DNA of 63,929 nt, filler included, from Chlamydiia bacterium (GCA_903848235.1; 13 parts of 13 records of this genome joined end to end with filler, not necessarily neighbours in it); one strand, 5' to 3'. Counted from the first letter of the whole stretch, positions 30,729 through 41,777 are shown. Program-made: numbers and translations. Notes: generated from the sequence alone by a model not told the origin.

Positions 30729-32614
30729 ATGAGTGATAGGTACAGTATAGATGCTAGTGCAGGCTCTGTGGATTTTTTGCGTCCACCGCACGCTGAGGCT
30801 CCAGTGCCCCGCATGGTACTTCCTGGAGGAAAAGAACGTAAAGTCACAATAGGAGATGCCCGCAAAGAAATTACAGATGTAAACCAGGTTTATGAGCAAC
30901 GGAAGCTATCTATCGCTACACATCGCTCAGGCCATCGGGAAGTTGATAGCTCGCCAGCAGGGCCTCCCAGACTGTCGATGGGTTCCCATAGAGGGGCTGT
31001 GGGACACTCTCTTGCTATGTCGCCAGGTGAGATACTGCCGCCTTCGCCAGCATTATCCCGCGAATGGAAAGCCGTGAGGGTGGCGGACTTGCCTCCTGAT
31101 GCGCAAGCTCGAGCGGTCGATACAGCAGGGCTGTCTCGGCTAGACGTCGCTAGAATGAAAAGTCAATACGGCATTCGACAAACTACGGGGATCCTGCAGC
31201 GCTCGGAGATAGAGCAGGTGCGAAAACGGGCGTTAGAAGACCATAGTTCTCTCGTTACGGTGACGAAGTCAATTGCTGGCAGGGCGGGGTTGGTCAGATA
31301 CGATGTTGATCCTCAAACACAAGCGGTAACACTTCGTGCAACGAGAACAAAAATAGCAGAAGGTGGTGGAAAGACTATTTTTAAGGTTCTGAACATGGGT
31401 GTGCCGGAGGAGCTTCAACGTGAACAAGGGATTGCCATAGAGGCAACAGGAAAACGTGGAAGTCAGAAGCTAGCGGCAAAAGACGAATACTATGGCCTTC
31501 TCCTTGCAGAACAAAAGAACCCGAATATCGTCTGCTATCGAAGGTTCGATTATCGAGAGAGTACAGTAACTCAGATGGAATTCTGCGGGGGGGGGGGGAT
31601 CTATCAAAAGTTGCAAAGAAGCCGCCTTTAGCGCAAGAGCGTGGCGAACGGCTGCGATATTGTTCTGAAGTTGCTTCTGGGCTCAGTGGCTTACATCGGA
31701 CGGGGCATGTTCATAATGACATGAAATTGGAAAATGTATTACTGACAGAACAAGGTGGTACAGCACGACTTTCAGATTTTGACAGAGTGGACACACCGGG
31801 GAGGGGCTTAGTGGGATATACGGCCCTTTATGCTTCTCCAGGATCTCCGATGTCTAAAGTAGGATCGTTTGCAAATGACCGACATGCTCTTGGAATTATG
31901 ATCTTTGAAATGACTCACGGAATGGACGAAAATCCTGTTAATACACTCGGCGAAGATGGTGTGCGGGCATCGGAAGGAGACCATCGAGCGAAGCTTGCGG
32001 AGCTTTTGGGGAAGCTAGATCTTAAAAATCCTGTCGACAAACTCATTTCAGATCTCCTCGATGACCACCCGGAGAAGAACCCTCTGACAAAAAAAGCCGA
32101 GGCTGCCTCTGCTGTTGCCGCACAAGACTCTGCAGCAGCTCTCGATGCTGAAGCGGAAGGAATACGTGCTGTTCAAGAGGCTGCGCTAAAGGCTGCAGAA
32201 GTGGCTGCTGCTGTTTCCTCTGATGTTAGCGTAGATGCTGACACACTAAAATCAGCACAAGCCTCGGCGGATGTGGCGAGAAGCGCTGCTAAAGAGTTGG
32301 CTGCAAAAGCTGAAGCTGCCATGCTTGCTGATTATGGTACTCCGCAAGAAAAGGCTGCCGCTCGAGCAGACTTAGAAGCAGCTACAACGGCAGCACTACA
32401 GGCAGCACAGACCGCCTCTGCTGCTGCTAGGGCTTTTAAATCTCCCGGGCTGAAAGATAAAATCGCGGGTGCGGAGAAGCTTGTCGAAGATGCATCTAAA
32501 AAAATCTCTGCTGCTTCCTCAAAAAAAGCCTCCGCACAACGATCAGCAACCGCTGCTGCAGAAGCTGCTGCAGCTGTCGACCTTGAGGTTGCTCGAATCC
32601 TTAAAAGAGGCTAG
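30729..32614 (+). pseudogene. Ser/Thr protein kinase with Ala-rich tail, frameshifted at a G12 tract (31587-31598)
   Basis: IAEGGGKTIFKV and MEFCGGG in the first ORF; corrected frame gives GDL...GLSGLHRTGHVHNDMKLENVLL...LSDFD...GYTALYASP...DRHALGIMIFEM. Confidence 0.8.
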
Positions 32615-32642
32615 GATCTCACTCTAAGATGAGGAAAGGTGT

Positions 32643-33497
32643 ATGAAAGATATTCTATTGCTAGGCGCCCATATCTCTATCGCCGGAGGCCTCCACAAGG
32701 CATTGTTAGCGGGAAAAGAGATTGAAGCTACGACGATTCAGATATTTACAGCAAACCATCGTACATGGGCTTCTAAGCAAGTCCCTGAGGATGAGATAAT
32801 CCTCTTTCATCAGGCACTTGCAGACACTGGCCTCAGTCATATCATGAGCCATAGCAGCTACCTTATCAACCTCGGCTCTCCGCGTCTTGATGTCCGCCAG
32901 AAAAGCCTGACGGCTTTTCGCCAGGAGATCCTTCGCTCTCTAGCCCTTGGCATCACTTACATCAACTTTCACCCAGGAGCTGCCCTCGACAGCCCTGTTG
33001 AAGAATGCCTGAATGTCATCTGCGAGGCCCTGCTGTCGATGGCCGATTGCTTCGACAAGCGCCATCAGCTGCATCTTCTTATCGAGACGATGGCAGGAGG
33101 AGGGTCTGTCATCGGGGCGCGCTTCGAAGAGATTGCTTATATCATCGACGCTGTGAAAGGAGTGCTTCCTATTGGCGTGTGCATGGATACCTGCCATACC
33201 TTCACTGCTGGCTATGACATACGCACTGAAGAGACGCTTGCCTCAACGCTCAATGAGTTTGACAGAGTCATTGGCCTCAACTATCTCAAGGCAATGCACC
33301 TGAATGACTCTGCCAATGAGTTTGCCTCCCGTAAAGACCGACATGCTCCTATCGGAGAAGGGATGATCGGAAAAGGGGGGTTTTCTGCTATCATGAAAGA
33401 GCCTCGGCTAGCTTCTCTTCCCAAATATCTTGAGACTCCTGGTGGGTTAGATGTCTGGAAGACAGAAATTGCCTGGCTAAAACGACAGATTCCGTGA
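32643..33497 (+). CDS. nfo: Endonuclease IV
   Basis: GAHISIAGG, HSSYLINLGS, NFHPG, ETMAG, DTCH, HLND, DRHA, LETP. Confidence 0.95.
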   Translation: MKDILLLGAHISIAGGLHKALLAGKEIEATTIQIFTANHRTWASKQVPEDEIILFHQALADTGLSHIMSHSSYLINLGSPRLDVRQKSLTAFRQEILRSLALGITYINFHPGAALDSPVEECLNVICEALLSMADCFDKRHQLHLLIETMAGGGSVIGARFEEIAYIIDAVKGVLPIGVCMDTCHTFTAGYDIRTEETLASTLNEFDRVIGLNYLKAMHLNDSANEFASRKDRHAPIGEGMIGKGGFSAIMKEPRLASLPKYLETPGGLDVWKTEIAWLKRQIP

Positions 33498-33582
33498 GGA
33501 ACGAAGAGCTGTTTTCTTCATGGTACGTTTTTGAAGAAACGGGAAAGTTATAGCAACATTGCCTGCAATAAGGTCTGTATCT

Positions 33583-34983
33583 ATGCGCACAAAAATACGT
33601 CAGCTGTTAAGCACGACTGATCACACTGCCCTGATTGGGCAAGAACATACGGTCAAAGGATGGGTAAAAACTGTCCGCAGCCAGAAAAACCTTACTTTCG
33701 TTGAGCTCAACGACGGGTCTTCATTTGGCAACCTTCAAATTGTCATAGAAGCAGGCCTCAAGGGCTATGATACGATTATCCCTAAGGTAACCACCGGTGC
33801 TTCTATGAGTGTCACAGGGGTGATTACTCAAAGCCCTGGGCAGAACCAGGCTATAGAGCTCCAGGCAAATACAATAAAAATTTTAGGAGAAGCGGAGCCA
33901 GAGGGCTATCCGTTGCAAAAAAAACGCCATTCGTTTGAGTTTTTGAGAACGATCGCTCACCTGCGCCCACGTACCAACACCTTCGGAGCTGTCGCCCGCG
34001 TTCGTAATGCCTTGGCATTCGCTACCCACCTCTTCTTTCAACAGCGAGGGTTCCTCTATATACAGCCGCCTATCATCAGCACCTCTGATTGTGAAGGCGC
34101 TGGGGAGATGTTCAGAGTCACCTCTCTTGACATGCTCAACCTTCCGAAGACAGCAGATGGCCAGATCGACTTCTCAAAAGACTTCTTTGGATGTCCGACA
34201 TTTTTAACAGTCTCTGGGCAGCTGAACGCTGAAGCGTATGCCTGTGCTCTCTCAGATGTCTATACCTTTGGCCCTACGTTCCGTGCTGAAAAGTCGAATA
34301 CCGCGCGTCACCTTGCAGAATTTTGGATGATAGAGCCAGAGATGGCCTTTGCAGAACTAGAAGACAATATGTCCTGCGCCGAGAGTTTTATCAAATTCCT
34401 CCTCAAGCACGTCCTAGAAAACTGTGCCGAAGACATGGCGTTTTTCAATGAGTTTATAGATCCAGGGGTCATAGAACGGTTGCAAAAGGTCCTCGACACA
34501 CCATTCGAAAGAGCTTCGTATACCTATGCTGTTCGAGTCCTTCAAAAATCTGGGAAGACATTTGAGTTCCCTGTAGAGTGGGGTCTTGACCTACAGTCAG
34601 AACATGAGCGCTACCTGACAGAAGAGTTCTTCCAAAAACCTGTTATCCTCACCGACTACCCTCGCAAAATAAAAGCTTTTTACATGCGAGATAACTCTGA
34701 CGAGAAGACGGTGGCGGCTATGGACGTCCTTGTTCCGAAAATCGGGGAAATCATTGGCGGAAGCCAACGTGAAGAGCGTCTTGATGTGATAGAGAAGAAG
34801 ATTCCAGAGTTCGGGCTTGATCCCAAGCCATATTGGTGGTATCTCGAGCTGCGAAAATACGGCTCCGTCCCTCACTCTGGCTTCGGCGCTGGTTTCGAAC
34901 GTCTCCTGCGCTTTGTCACCGGCCTTGATAACATCCGCGATGTCATCCCCTTCCCACGCTTCCCAGGAAGTGCAGCGTTTTAG
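33583..34983 (+). CDS. asnS: Asparagine--tRNA ligase
   Basis: [59 protein letters not shown]. Confidence 0.97.
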   Translation: MRTKIRQLLSTTDHTALIGQEHTVKGWVKTVRSQKNLTFVELNDGSSFGNLQIVIEAGLKGYDTIIPKVTTGASMSVTGVITQSPGQNQAIELQANTIKILGEAEPEGYPLQKKRHSFEFLRTIAHLRPRTNTFGAVARVRNALAFATHLFFQQRGFLYIQPPIISTSDCEGAGEMFRVTSLDMLNLPKTADGQIDFSKDFFGCPTFLTVSGQLNAEAYACALSDVYTFGPTFRAEKSNTARHLAEFWMIEPEMAFAELEDNMSCAESFIKFLLKHVLENCAEDMAFFNEFIDPGVIERLQKVLDTPFERASYTYAVRVLQKSGKTFEFPVEWGLDLQSEHERYLTEEFFQKPVILTDYPRKIKAFYMRDNSDEKTVAAMDVLVPKIGEIIGGSQREERLDVIEKKIPEFGLDPKPYWWYLELRKYGSVPHSGFGAGFERLLRFVTGLDNIRDVIPFPRFPGSAAF

Positions 34984-35023
34984 GGGCTAAGGAAAAAAAT
35001 AAGGTTGACACTGGCCTTGTGAT

Positions 35024-35048
35024 ATCAGAGGCGTACAGCGCCTCTGAT
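35024..35048. terminator. Hairpin between asnS and the adk-like gene
   Basis: ATCAGAGGCG-TACAG-CGCCTCTGAT followed by TCTTTT. Confidence 0.6.
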
Positions 35049-35094
35049 TCTTTGGGATCATGAGATCTTGATGTCTGAGGAGATGGGCCATGGC

Positions 35095-35886
35095 CTACTC
35101 TTGAGCGAGAAGCGGCTCTTCGAAAGGGTGTTTTGAAGCGGCAAGGCCTGTGACATGCTCAATAGTCTGAATAATATCTTTGTATATTTCCTCAACTTTT
35201 CTGTCCCCAGGGATCTGTAGTAACTCCCCTTTTTCTTTATAGATCTTCAACAGAGGGGAGACCTGATTTCGATATGCTTCAAGACGTGACTTGATAACTT
35301 CAGGGGAGTCTCCTTGTCGTCTTTGCAGGGGGGACGAGCAGATGTCACAGTACGTTTTTTGTTTCCGATTGCTCTCGGAATCGTCATAGACATAGCCGCA
35401 CGTATAACAGACAAGTCGTCGTTCAACGCGTTGGATAAGATACTCATCACTCGTATCAATATTTACGATTAGAAATCGAAATCGTGATGATAGTTGTTTT
35501 TTGATATCAAGGACTTGAGAGGCCGTCAATGGCATGTCTTCTAAAAGTGCACCCTTTTCGCAGTCAGGGTGCAAAAGGCGATCGCATAGAATAGCAGGTA
35601 GTAGTTCCTGTGGCAGATCACCACCGTTGATACAGTAATCCTGTCCCTTCGAGCCGAGCACCGTTCCGTCTAGGACATGGTTAGTCAGCAATGTGGCAAG
35701 AGAAATTATGGGGAATGCAAAGTCTTTCCACAGGCGGACGGTGAAAGTAGCTCTCCCAGACCCTGGAGCCCCATACAGGACAATTACATAAGGTGGCGCA
35801 TCATTCTGCTCATCGCTCCCGCAGAAAAGCAGAGACGACGAAAGGGAGCAGAGAAGAACAAGTACCCAAGAGAGGACTTGGCACAT
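35095..35886 (-). CDS. Adenylate kinase-like protein with signal-like N-terminus and degenerate catalytic motifs
   Basis: GAPGSGRAT P-loop variant, Zn lid CYTC...CDIC, RLEAYRNQVSPL. Confidence 0.8.
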   Translation of the reverse strand: MCQVLSWVLVLLCSLSSSLLFCGSDEQNDAPPYVIVLYGAPGSGRATFTVRLWKDFAFPIISLATLLTNHVLDGTVLGSKGQDYCINGGDLPQELLPAILCDRLLHPDCEKGALLEDMPLTASQVLDIKKQLSSRFRFLIVNIDTSDEYLIQRVERRLVCYTCGYVYDDSESNRKQKTYCDICSSPLQRRQGDSPEVIKSRLEAYRNQVSPLLKIYKEKGELLQIPGDRKVEEIYKDIIQTIEHVTGLAASKHPFEEPLLAQE

Positions 35887-35910
35887 AGAGAACCCCCCAA
35901 GAACCAGTTA

Positions 35911-35981
35911 TATACCCAACCACGTTGAAGAATTGGTTTTTGCCTTAGTCGAAAACCAACTCTTCAACGTGGTTGGGTATG
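35911..35981. repeat. Short ERIC-like palindrome (subfamily C)
   Basis: TATACCCAACCACGTTGAAGAATTGGTTTT...AAAACCAACTCTTCAACGTGGTTGGGTAT. Confidence 0.7.
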
Positions 35982-36145
35982 CTTTTTTGCCTATCAGGCA
36001 GAAAAGCAACACTCAGCCGATGGTTAGATGAAACAAACCATCCTAAGATGCTAGCACTTCAATACATTCGATGTAAGAGCCAATTTTCTCACACTGGATC
36101 AAAAAATATTTTTCTCAATAATCAATTTTTGTCCTAGAGTGCAGA

Positions 36146-36307
36146 TATGCCTCTTCTTGTTCAAGGATTGGTTTGACGCTTAAGAAAAAGCTTCGCGATT
36201 TGACGATCAAAAAGAGGCCAATATCGCAATATGGGACCCTTTTTGATTATCAAATCCCGAGGCTTTTTCTAAGCGTGAAATCCGATTCTTGAACAAGAAG
36301 AGGTATA
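36146..36307. repeat. ERIC/MITE-like palindrome, subfamily B
   Basis: TATGCCTCTTCTTGTTCAAG...CTTGAACAAGAAGAGGTATA termini; same termini recur at 61768 and 61890. Confidence 0.8.
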
Positions 36308-36380
36308 AATACCGGTGATGGTTGAAAGTTGGATAGATGCCGAAGGCAAGGCCCGCAGATTTGATCGGCAGATACGGTTT
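36308..36380. repeat. Partial subfamily A palindrome abutting the subfamily B copy
   Basis: Similar to the reverse complement of 30515-30584 (GTTGAAAGTTGGATAGATGCCGAAG...CCGCAGATT). Confidence 0.65.
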
Positions 36381-36448
36381 GTTTCTGCCCATGGGGATTC
36401 TGCCTTTCTCTGGGCTTCTTAGAACGGGGAGTGTAATCAATTTTATGG

Positions 36449-37500
36449 ATGGAGTGGGGTATGAGCGTAGGTGACGTTACGGTAGGGCAGTTACAAACTA
36501 TGTACCAGGAAGCGACGTTTTTTCAGAAAGTGGGAGCGTGGTGTAGGTATAAGTTTGCGGGGGTTGGGGAGGACGCTGCAGGAAAAGCTCAAGCCCTTTT
36601 TACTACTATGAACACGAAATTACAGCAGGCAGCAACGGAAACTGAAAGAGAAAAAATTGCCCAAAAGTATGTGCTAGCGGTCGGTTCAGGCGTGCACAAC
36701 TGCGACTCCAGTTCTGCTGCCGCTGTGGGTGAGTCATATTTTGATACTTTTATGAGAGCACTCGGAACGGAAGTAAGCGGTGCAAAAGGTGGTAAGAGTA
36801 GATTACACGCTCTGTTCACTCAAGCAGTTTCATCCCAGGCAGCTTTAAAAGAGACACCTCCACCTTTGGGAGAGGCTTACGATGTGAAATCGAAAAGAGG
36901 GGAAGACGAGAAGCAGAGTCCACTTGACTCAAAATTAAAATCAGGGGTCAAAACCGAGGGGGAAACATTTAAAGAAAATTTTGATCGATGTTCTACCATA
37001 GACGACAAAACAGCTTGTTGTATTGCAGCTTTAAAAAAAGTTGGTTTATGGATTGGGTATAATAATGTAGTGGCAGGTGCCATAAAGGCGCAATCTCTAG
37101 AAGACCGCGGGCATATATTAGATGGGATTTTCGGTGATGGATCAGGGGTTTCTCCAAAAATGCTTTTGGAATTTTCCTATGCAGCTGTTACTCGTAAACC
37201 TGAAGTTGAAGGACTGGAAAATCAACTTGTCGGATTATGCAGAGGCAGATTTTCTTTAGCAGCAGAGTTGGCTGCATTAAAAGGGAGTCTGAGTAAGTCG
37301 CTACAAGAATCTCCATTTTATCAACGAATAGAAAAAAAGTTCGCCCCGAAGCCACCATCGATATCACAGGCTTTAAAACCCCCTTTGGTTCGATTGGCAG
37401 ATGCTAGAGAGGCAGGGGATATAATTACGCTGGACCCTCATGATCCAGGGGGTCAATTAATTGCGCTTATGAAGGCCGAAGGGCTTGAGGAAAAACTAGC
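36449..37500 (+). CDS. Hypothetical protein, 3' partial
   Basis: ORF open to the contig end. Confidence 0.7.
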
Positions 37501-37600
37501 NNNNNNNNNNNNNNNNNNNNNNNNNNNNNNNNNNNNNNNNNNNNTTAATTAATTAANNNNNNNNNNNNNNNNNNNNNNNNNNNNNNNNNNNNNNNNNNNN

Positions 37601-37741
37601 CACAGAGACAGCATACTTGTAGTAATTGTGGATATAGCGTGCATCGCGATCTCAATGCCGCTGAAAATATTTTGGCCCTTGGATTAGATGGCCTGGGCGT
37701 TTGCTCTAGAAGCCTCTGCCTTTAGGCAGGGGAGTAATCAC
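37601..37741 (+). mobile_element. IS200/IS605-family right end (omega/reRNA scaffold 3' part)
   Basis: GAAGCCTCTGCCTTTAGGCAGGGGAGTAATCAC subterminal hairpin ending in TCAC. Confidence 0.8.
37603..37725 (+). CDS. tnpB: TnpB RNA-guided nuclease, C-terminal fragment
   Basis: Manual translation QRQHTCSNCGYSVHRDLNAAENILALG...*: Zn-finger CxxCG plus RuvC-III RDxNAAxNI. Confidence 0.88.
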   Translation, partial: QRQHTCSNCGYSVHRDLNAAENILALGLDGLGVCSRSLCL

Positions 37742-38072
37742 CTTTGTGCGTTTTCTTCTCACCATGTTTTTTAGAGCCATGATGGCTGCCGTGAAGGATT
37801 TGAGGGCCCATATCAGAGAGCGTTTGCTGGCGGCCATCTTCCTTGACTCGGCTAACAGCATCTCTGACAAATTCCTCGCTGTCGCTACAAGGTGTGACAG
37901 GCGTGATACTTCGCACGATGACGCCTCGTTGCCCCATCGTAACGATGATGGGAAGTTCTTCTCCCCGTAGCTGTCTGGTGATGCTATCTCGACAAACGGA
38001 TGTATCTTCTAGTTCATGACCTTCTGCTCCTGCAAGAGGTATCCCTAGTTGAACGCTTGGAATAATGCTCAT
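37722..38072 (-). CDS. Small hypothetical protein, paralog of 38134-38643; C-terminus replaced by the IS605 end
   Basis: Shared LP.IVT.GQRG...P.SDS.EFV..AV..VK....QQ..SD.GPQILHG; GGAGG SD. Confidence 0.7.
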   Translation of the reverse strand: MSIIPSVQLGIPLAGAEGHELEDTSVCRDSITRQLRGEELPIIVTMGQRGVIVRSITPVTPCSDSEEFVRDAVSRVKEDGRQQTLSDMGPQILHGSHHGSKKHGEKKTHKGDYSPA

Positions 38073-38133
38073 ATATTTCCTCCTTAATGAGTAATCAATC
38101 GCTTAAGAGCCAATGTTTTTCTATATAAAGGGA

Positions 38134-38643
38134 TCAATGACCTGGAGATCCTTTATTCCACGATTTTGTAGAATTGTCGTAAGGCTCCGTGCCCCATGTT
38201 GAATCAGTGTCAACCTCATATTTTTGAGGTTTTTGTGATGATGAAGGGACATCATCGTAGGTAGATGGTGTATATGAATCGGTGTGATCAGGGGGAAGTG
38301 GCCTATGATGATGGTGGTGATGTGGTTTCTGATGATGGTGATGATGCCCTCTATGATGGTGGCCGTGAAGGATTTGAGGGCCTATATCAGAGAACGCTTG
38401 CTGGCTGATACCATCTTTAACGCTATGAACAGCACTTTTTACAAATTCCATGCTGTCGCTAGGAACTGTGGCAGGCATGATGCGCTGTACACTTGCGCCC
38501 CGTTGCCCAATCGTAACGATGACGGGAAGGTCTTCTCTAAGTACCTGACCGTCGCCGATATCTTGACAAAAAAATGAATCATCTGTTGCATAACATTCTG
38601 GATCTACAAGTTTCTTTACTTGTCCGTATGGAAGAATGCTCAT
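38134..38643 (-). CDS. Small hypothetical protein with His-rich, low-complexity tail
   Basis: GGAGGAAATTT-ATG at 38643; HHHRGHHHHHQKPHHHHHH. Confidence 0.7.
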   Translation of the reverse strand: MSILPYGQVKKLVDPECYATDDSFFCQDIGDGQVLREDLPVIVTIGQRGASVQRIMPATVPSDSMEFVKSAVHSVKDGISQQAFSDIGPQILHGHHHRGHHHHHQKPHHHHHHRPLPPDHTDSYTPSTYDDVPSSSQKPQKYEVDTDSTWGTEPYDNSTKSWNKGSPGH

Positions 38644-38915
38644 AAATTTCCTCCCTTTTGAGTAATCGGCTACTGTTGAGCCATCAGGCTGCAGGTATGC
38701 CCCTGCAGGCTCCGTAGCCATAAATAAAGCAGGCGAATAGTCGTCGTTGGCTATTCACTGCGCATAGGTTATAGAAATATTTATCTTTAATGGCTACGAA
38801 AAACAAAAAATTTTGGTGACCGTATATTTGCTAACAGCAAATAGTCAAAGGAAAAAAACCAAGGGTTTTTTTCGTAGAGTGATGTTTTAACAATGAGCAA
38901 CAATGCACGGTTGGC

Positions 38916-39869
38916 ATGACAATCTGTCCGATACGTTCAATTTTGACTGGATGCAGGGAGTTGGAAAAGGCGATGACGCTTGACTCGTTCGGCAACAAAG
39001 CCTGGCTTGGCAAGCTTCAGAGTATTGTGCAAAGAGGTACTCAAGAAGGGCTTTTTGGCACTCTCTCTTCTGACACTGTGCTCGGCAAGCTATTCGAGGA
39101 TGCGCGATTAGGATGGTGCAATGGAATGACGGAGTGTTTATCTGCAGACAGAGCGCAGCGATTGTCAATTGTAGAAGTTGTCCGAAGGACTCTAGCCTCT
39201 CCAGAGCGTATTTGTCTTGTGCAGATCTGTTATGGGCTTACTGTTTCGTTACTCCATCCGATATCTGAACAGCAGCATTTTTTTGAGGTCTGCGATCGCG
39301 CCTGCCTTCAAGGAAAGCCTTTTGGTAGCCATAAAGAGCCGTCACTCGAGAGAAAATATACAAAAAAAGCGATTGCATTTTGGAAACGCCACCAAATTGT
39401 GAATTGTAGTGACACGAGGTTCACAGGGAAGAAATTCAAGCTGTTTCATCAACTTCTCAAAATGAATGGCTGCCGCGATGTCATTCCACAATCGCTCACT
39501 ATCGACACTCCCGAGAAACAAAGAAAAGCGATTGCTTTGGCACAATCTGTCACGGTGTTGAAAGAAGAGATCCTCGGCGCCCCCCTTTCCAGTCCTGCGT
39601 GTGAGCTTGTGCTCTGCCCCCAAGATCCATGTGACGAGTGCGTTAAAAAGGTTCAGTCCGTGATAACAAGATATCTTGCCTCTCCACCCGCTGAAATCCA
39701 GTGCATTGAAAATCGGCATATATTCTCAGTTTTTCAGGAGAGCGATGCAGTGTACCGATTTGACACTGAGAAAGGGCTGACACAGTTGCCGACGTCATCC
39801 GTGTTAACCTGTCTTAAGTGCTTCCCCTGTGCCCGATATAAGATCTATGATACACCGCTTCGCACATGA
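38916..39869 (+). CDS. Hypothetical Cys-rich protein
   Basis: 317-aa ORF, no recognised family. Confidence 0.6.
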   Translation: MTICPIRSILTGCRELEKAMTLDSFGNKAWLGKLQSIVQRGTQEGLFGTLSSDTVLGKLFEDARLGWCNGMTECLSADRAQRLSIVEVVRRTLASPERICLVQICYGLTVSLLHPISEQQHFFEVCDRACLQGKPFGSHKEPSLERKYTKKAIAFWKRHQIVNCSDTRFTGKKFKLFHQLLKMNGCRDVIPQSLTIDTPEKQRKAIALAQSVTVLKEEILGAPLSSPACELVLCPQDPCDECVKKVQSVITRYLASPPAEIQCIENRHIFSVFQESDAVYRFDTEKGLTQLPTSSVLTCLKCFPCARYKIYDTPLRT

Positions 39870-40022
39870 AGAATTTTTTTGTCTTACGTCGAGCCCGTGA
39901 TCGAGAACGAAGTAACCGGGCCNNNNNNNNNNNNNNNNNNNNNNNNNNNNNNNNNNNNNNNNNNNNTTAATTAATTAANNNNNNNNNNNNNNNNNNNNNN
40001 NNNNNNNNNNNNNNNNNNNNNN

Positions 40023-40615
40023 ATGTCCAGGTTGTGCCCAACGGCATTGATTGGCAGGGAATAAACCGGGTGCATCCGTCGGCCAAACAGTCGGATATCA
40101 TCTACGTGGGAAGGCTGGTCGAGCACAAGAACGTAGATCTACTCATTAAGGCATTGAAGACTGTGAAAGCAGATGTCCCGGATGTAAAAGCCCTGATAGT
40201 GGGCGATGGCCCTGAGATGGGAAGGCTGAAGTCCCTGGTCCTGGAGCTGGAACTGGGAGAAAATGTGGAGTTTTGCGGCTTTCTGGAAGACTACAATGAC
40301 GCACTTTCCCTCATGAAATCCTCACGCATATTCGCAACACCTTCCACCAGAGAGGGCTTCGGCATGGCGGCTCTGGAGGCGAATGCCTGCGGGCTTCCTG
40401 TGGTTACCGTCAAGCACAGAATGAATGCAGTGATGGATCTGGTCACGAAAGAAACGGGGGCAGTCTGCCAGCCTACAGAGCAGGCTTTAGCCGAGGCAAT
40501 TTGCCGCACGCTGCAAAAGAAGGGAAAAATGCGAGGGCGGTGCATAGAAGAGGCCAAGAAGTATGACTGGGAGGAGATCTGTGACCGGGCGGAGAGGGTC
40601 TATGCGGAAAGATAG
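40023..40615 (+). CDS. Glycosyltransferase family 4 (GT-B), 5' partial
   Basis: VPNGID, YVGRLVEHKNVD, PSTREGFGMAALEANACGLPVV. Confidence 0.92.
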
Positions 40616-40789
40616 CGCATCTTCGCCAATGGAACGGTGCGCTCGCTGTGCAGCCGCTGCCTGCTCATGAACCACGAGAGGATGAGGGCTGCAAGCGGAT
40701 GAGAAGTGAGAGGAGATCATTTTCGCTCCGCATGAATTAACTTTATATCGTCAGCCAAATGGTTATAACCCAGCGGCTAACGACGTTTC

Positions 40790-41125
40790 CACCACAGAGG
40801 CACAGAGTTCACAGAGACGTGAAAATTACCTTATTACAGAACTTGAAAAGAATAGCATATTTGCGTCTGAGTAATAGTCGTCTCCGTTCGTTCGTCCTCC
40901 GTGCGCTCTGCGCCTCTGTGGTTTGATTCCGTAACCACCAGGGTTTAATTATCAAGCTACGAATATTAACCACAGAGGCACAGAGTTCACAGAGACGTGA
41001 AATTTACCTTATTACAGCACTTGAAAAGAATAGCATATTTGCATCTGAGCAATAGTCGTCTCCGTCCGTTCGTCCTCTGTGCGCTCTGCGCCTCTGTGGT
41101 TCTATTCCGTAACCCAAGAGGTTTG
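40790..41125. repeat. Tandem pair of about 178-nt ACCACAGAG...CTCTGTGGT hairpin repeats
   Basis: 40791-40945 nearly identical to 40968-41120; related copies near 42302-42543 and 43072, variants at 42223 and 42981. Confidence 0.75.
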
Positions 41126-41281
41126 GCTATCAGATTAACAAGATCCATCTTAACCGGGATTGCACTCCACCCATCTCCGGACCGCGGCAGTTGGCAGGCT
41201 TGCCGACAGTGGAGGCCGGGAGAAGGCGCACGGATTTTGGGCGCTATGGACTGCAGGGTTGCCATTATTGAAGATGGTAGT
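41071..41281. repeat. About 210-nt structured direct repeat, copy 1 (copy 2 at 42513-42721)
   Basis: Colinear similarity, e.g. CCGTAACCCAAGAGGTTTGGCTATCAG, TTAACCGGGATTGCACTCCAC, CTGCAGGGTTGCCA.TATTGAAGATGGTAGT. Confidence 0.8.
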
Positions 41282-41483
41282 ACATGGACCGGATCGAAAG
41301 AACGGCCTGGCCCGAGAATCGCAAAGGGCGAACATTTCGGGTACGGGACTATAGTCCGCCACAGACGCTGCAGCATTTGCCGGCACTGCAGGACAGGGTG
41401 AACGGGATTGGAAGCTTAAATTGTCATGAATTTTGGATGAAAAGGTCTATAGGCTAAAAGCGATTAAAGTTATACGGTGATTA

Positions 41484-41777
41484 ATGGTGGGCGAGATCAA
41501 AGTGAATGTGCCTGAGGGCCTGCCTTTGAATGATCTCCGGAAGAAGATCCTTAATCTGATCAAAGAAGAAGAGGATAAGTTGATGTCGCTTGATCGATCA
41601 AACAAAATGAATGCATTGAGCGAAAGGGAGCTTGACGAATTAATGGAGACAAAGGAATCGCTGCAAAAAGAGGAGCGAAAGAAGATCCTGGATAAGTATT
41701 ATGGAATCGTCAAGCTTGACAGGGTTGTAAGCATAGAAGAGATCCTGGATCTGGAGGAAGATACCTGGCAATACTGA
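41484..41777 (+). CDS. Putative VapB-type antitoxin
   Basis: 97-aa acidic protein with archaeal-type GGTGA SD, overlapping a PIN toxin gene. Confidence 0.65.
   Translation: MVGEIKVNVPEGLPLNDLRKKILNLIKEEEDKLMSLDRSNKMNALSERELDELMETKESLQKEERKKILDKYYGIVKLDRVVSIEEILDLEEDTWQY

Noticed and set aside
40987..41401. Several overlapping ORFs in the archaeal-type repeats (also 42363-42835)
   Set aside because: Lie wholly within non-coding structured repeats; no protein motifs
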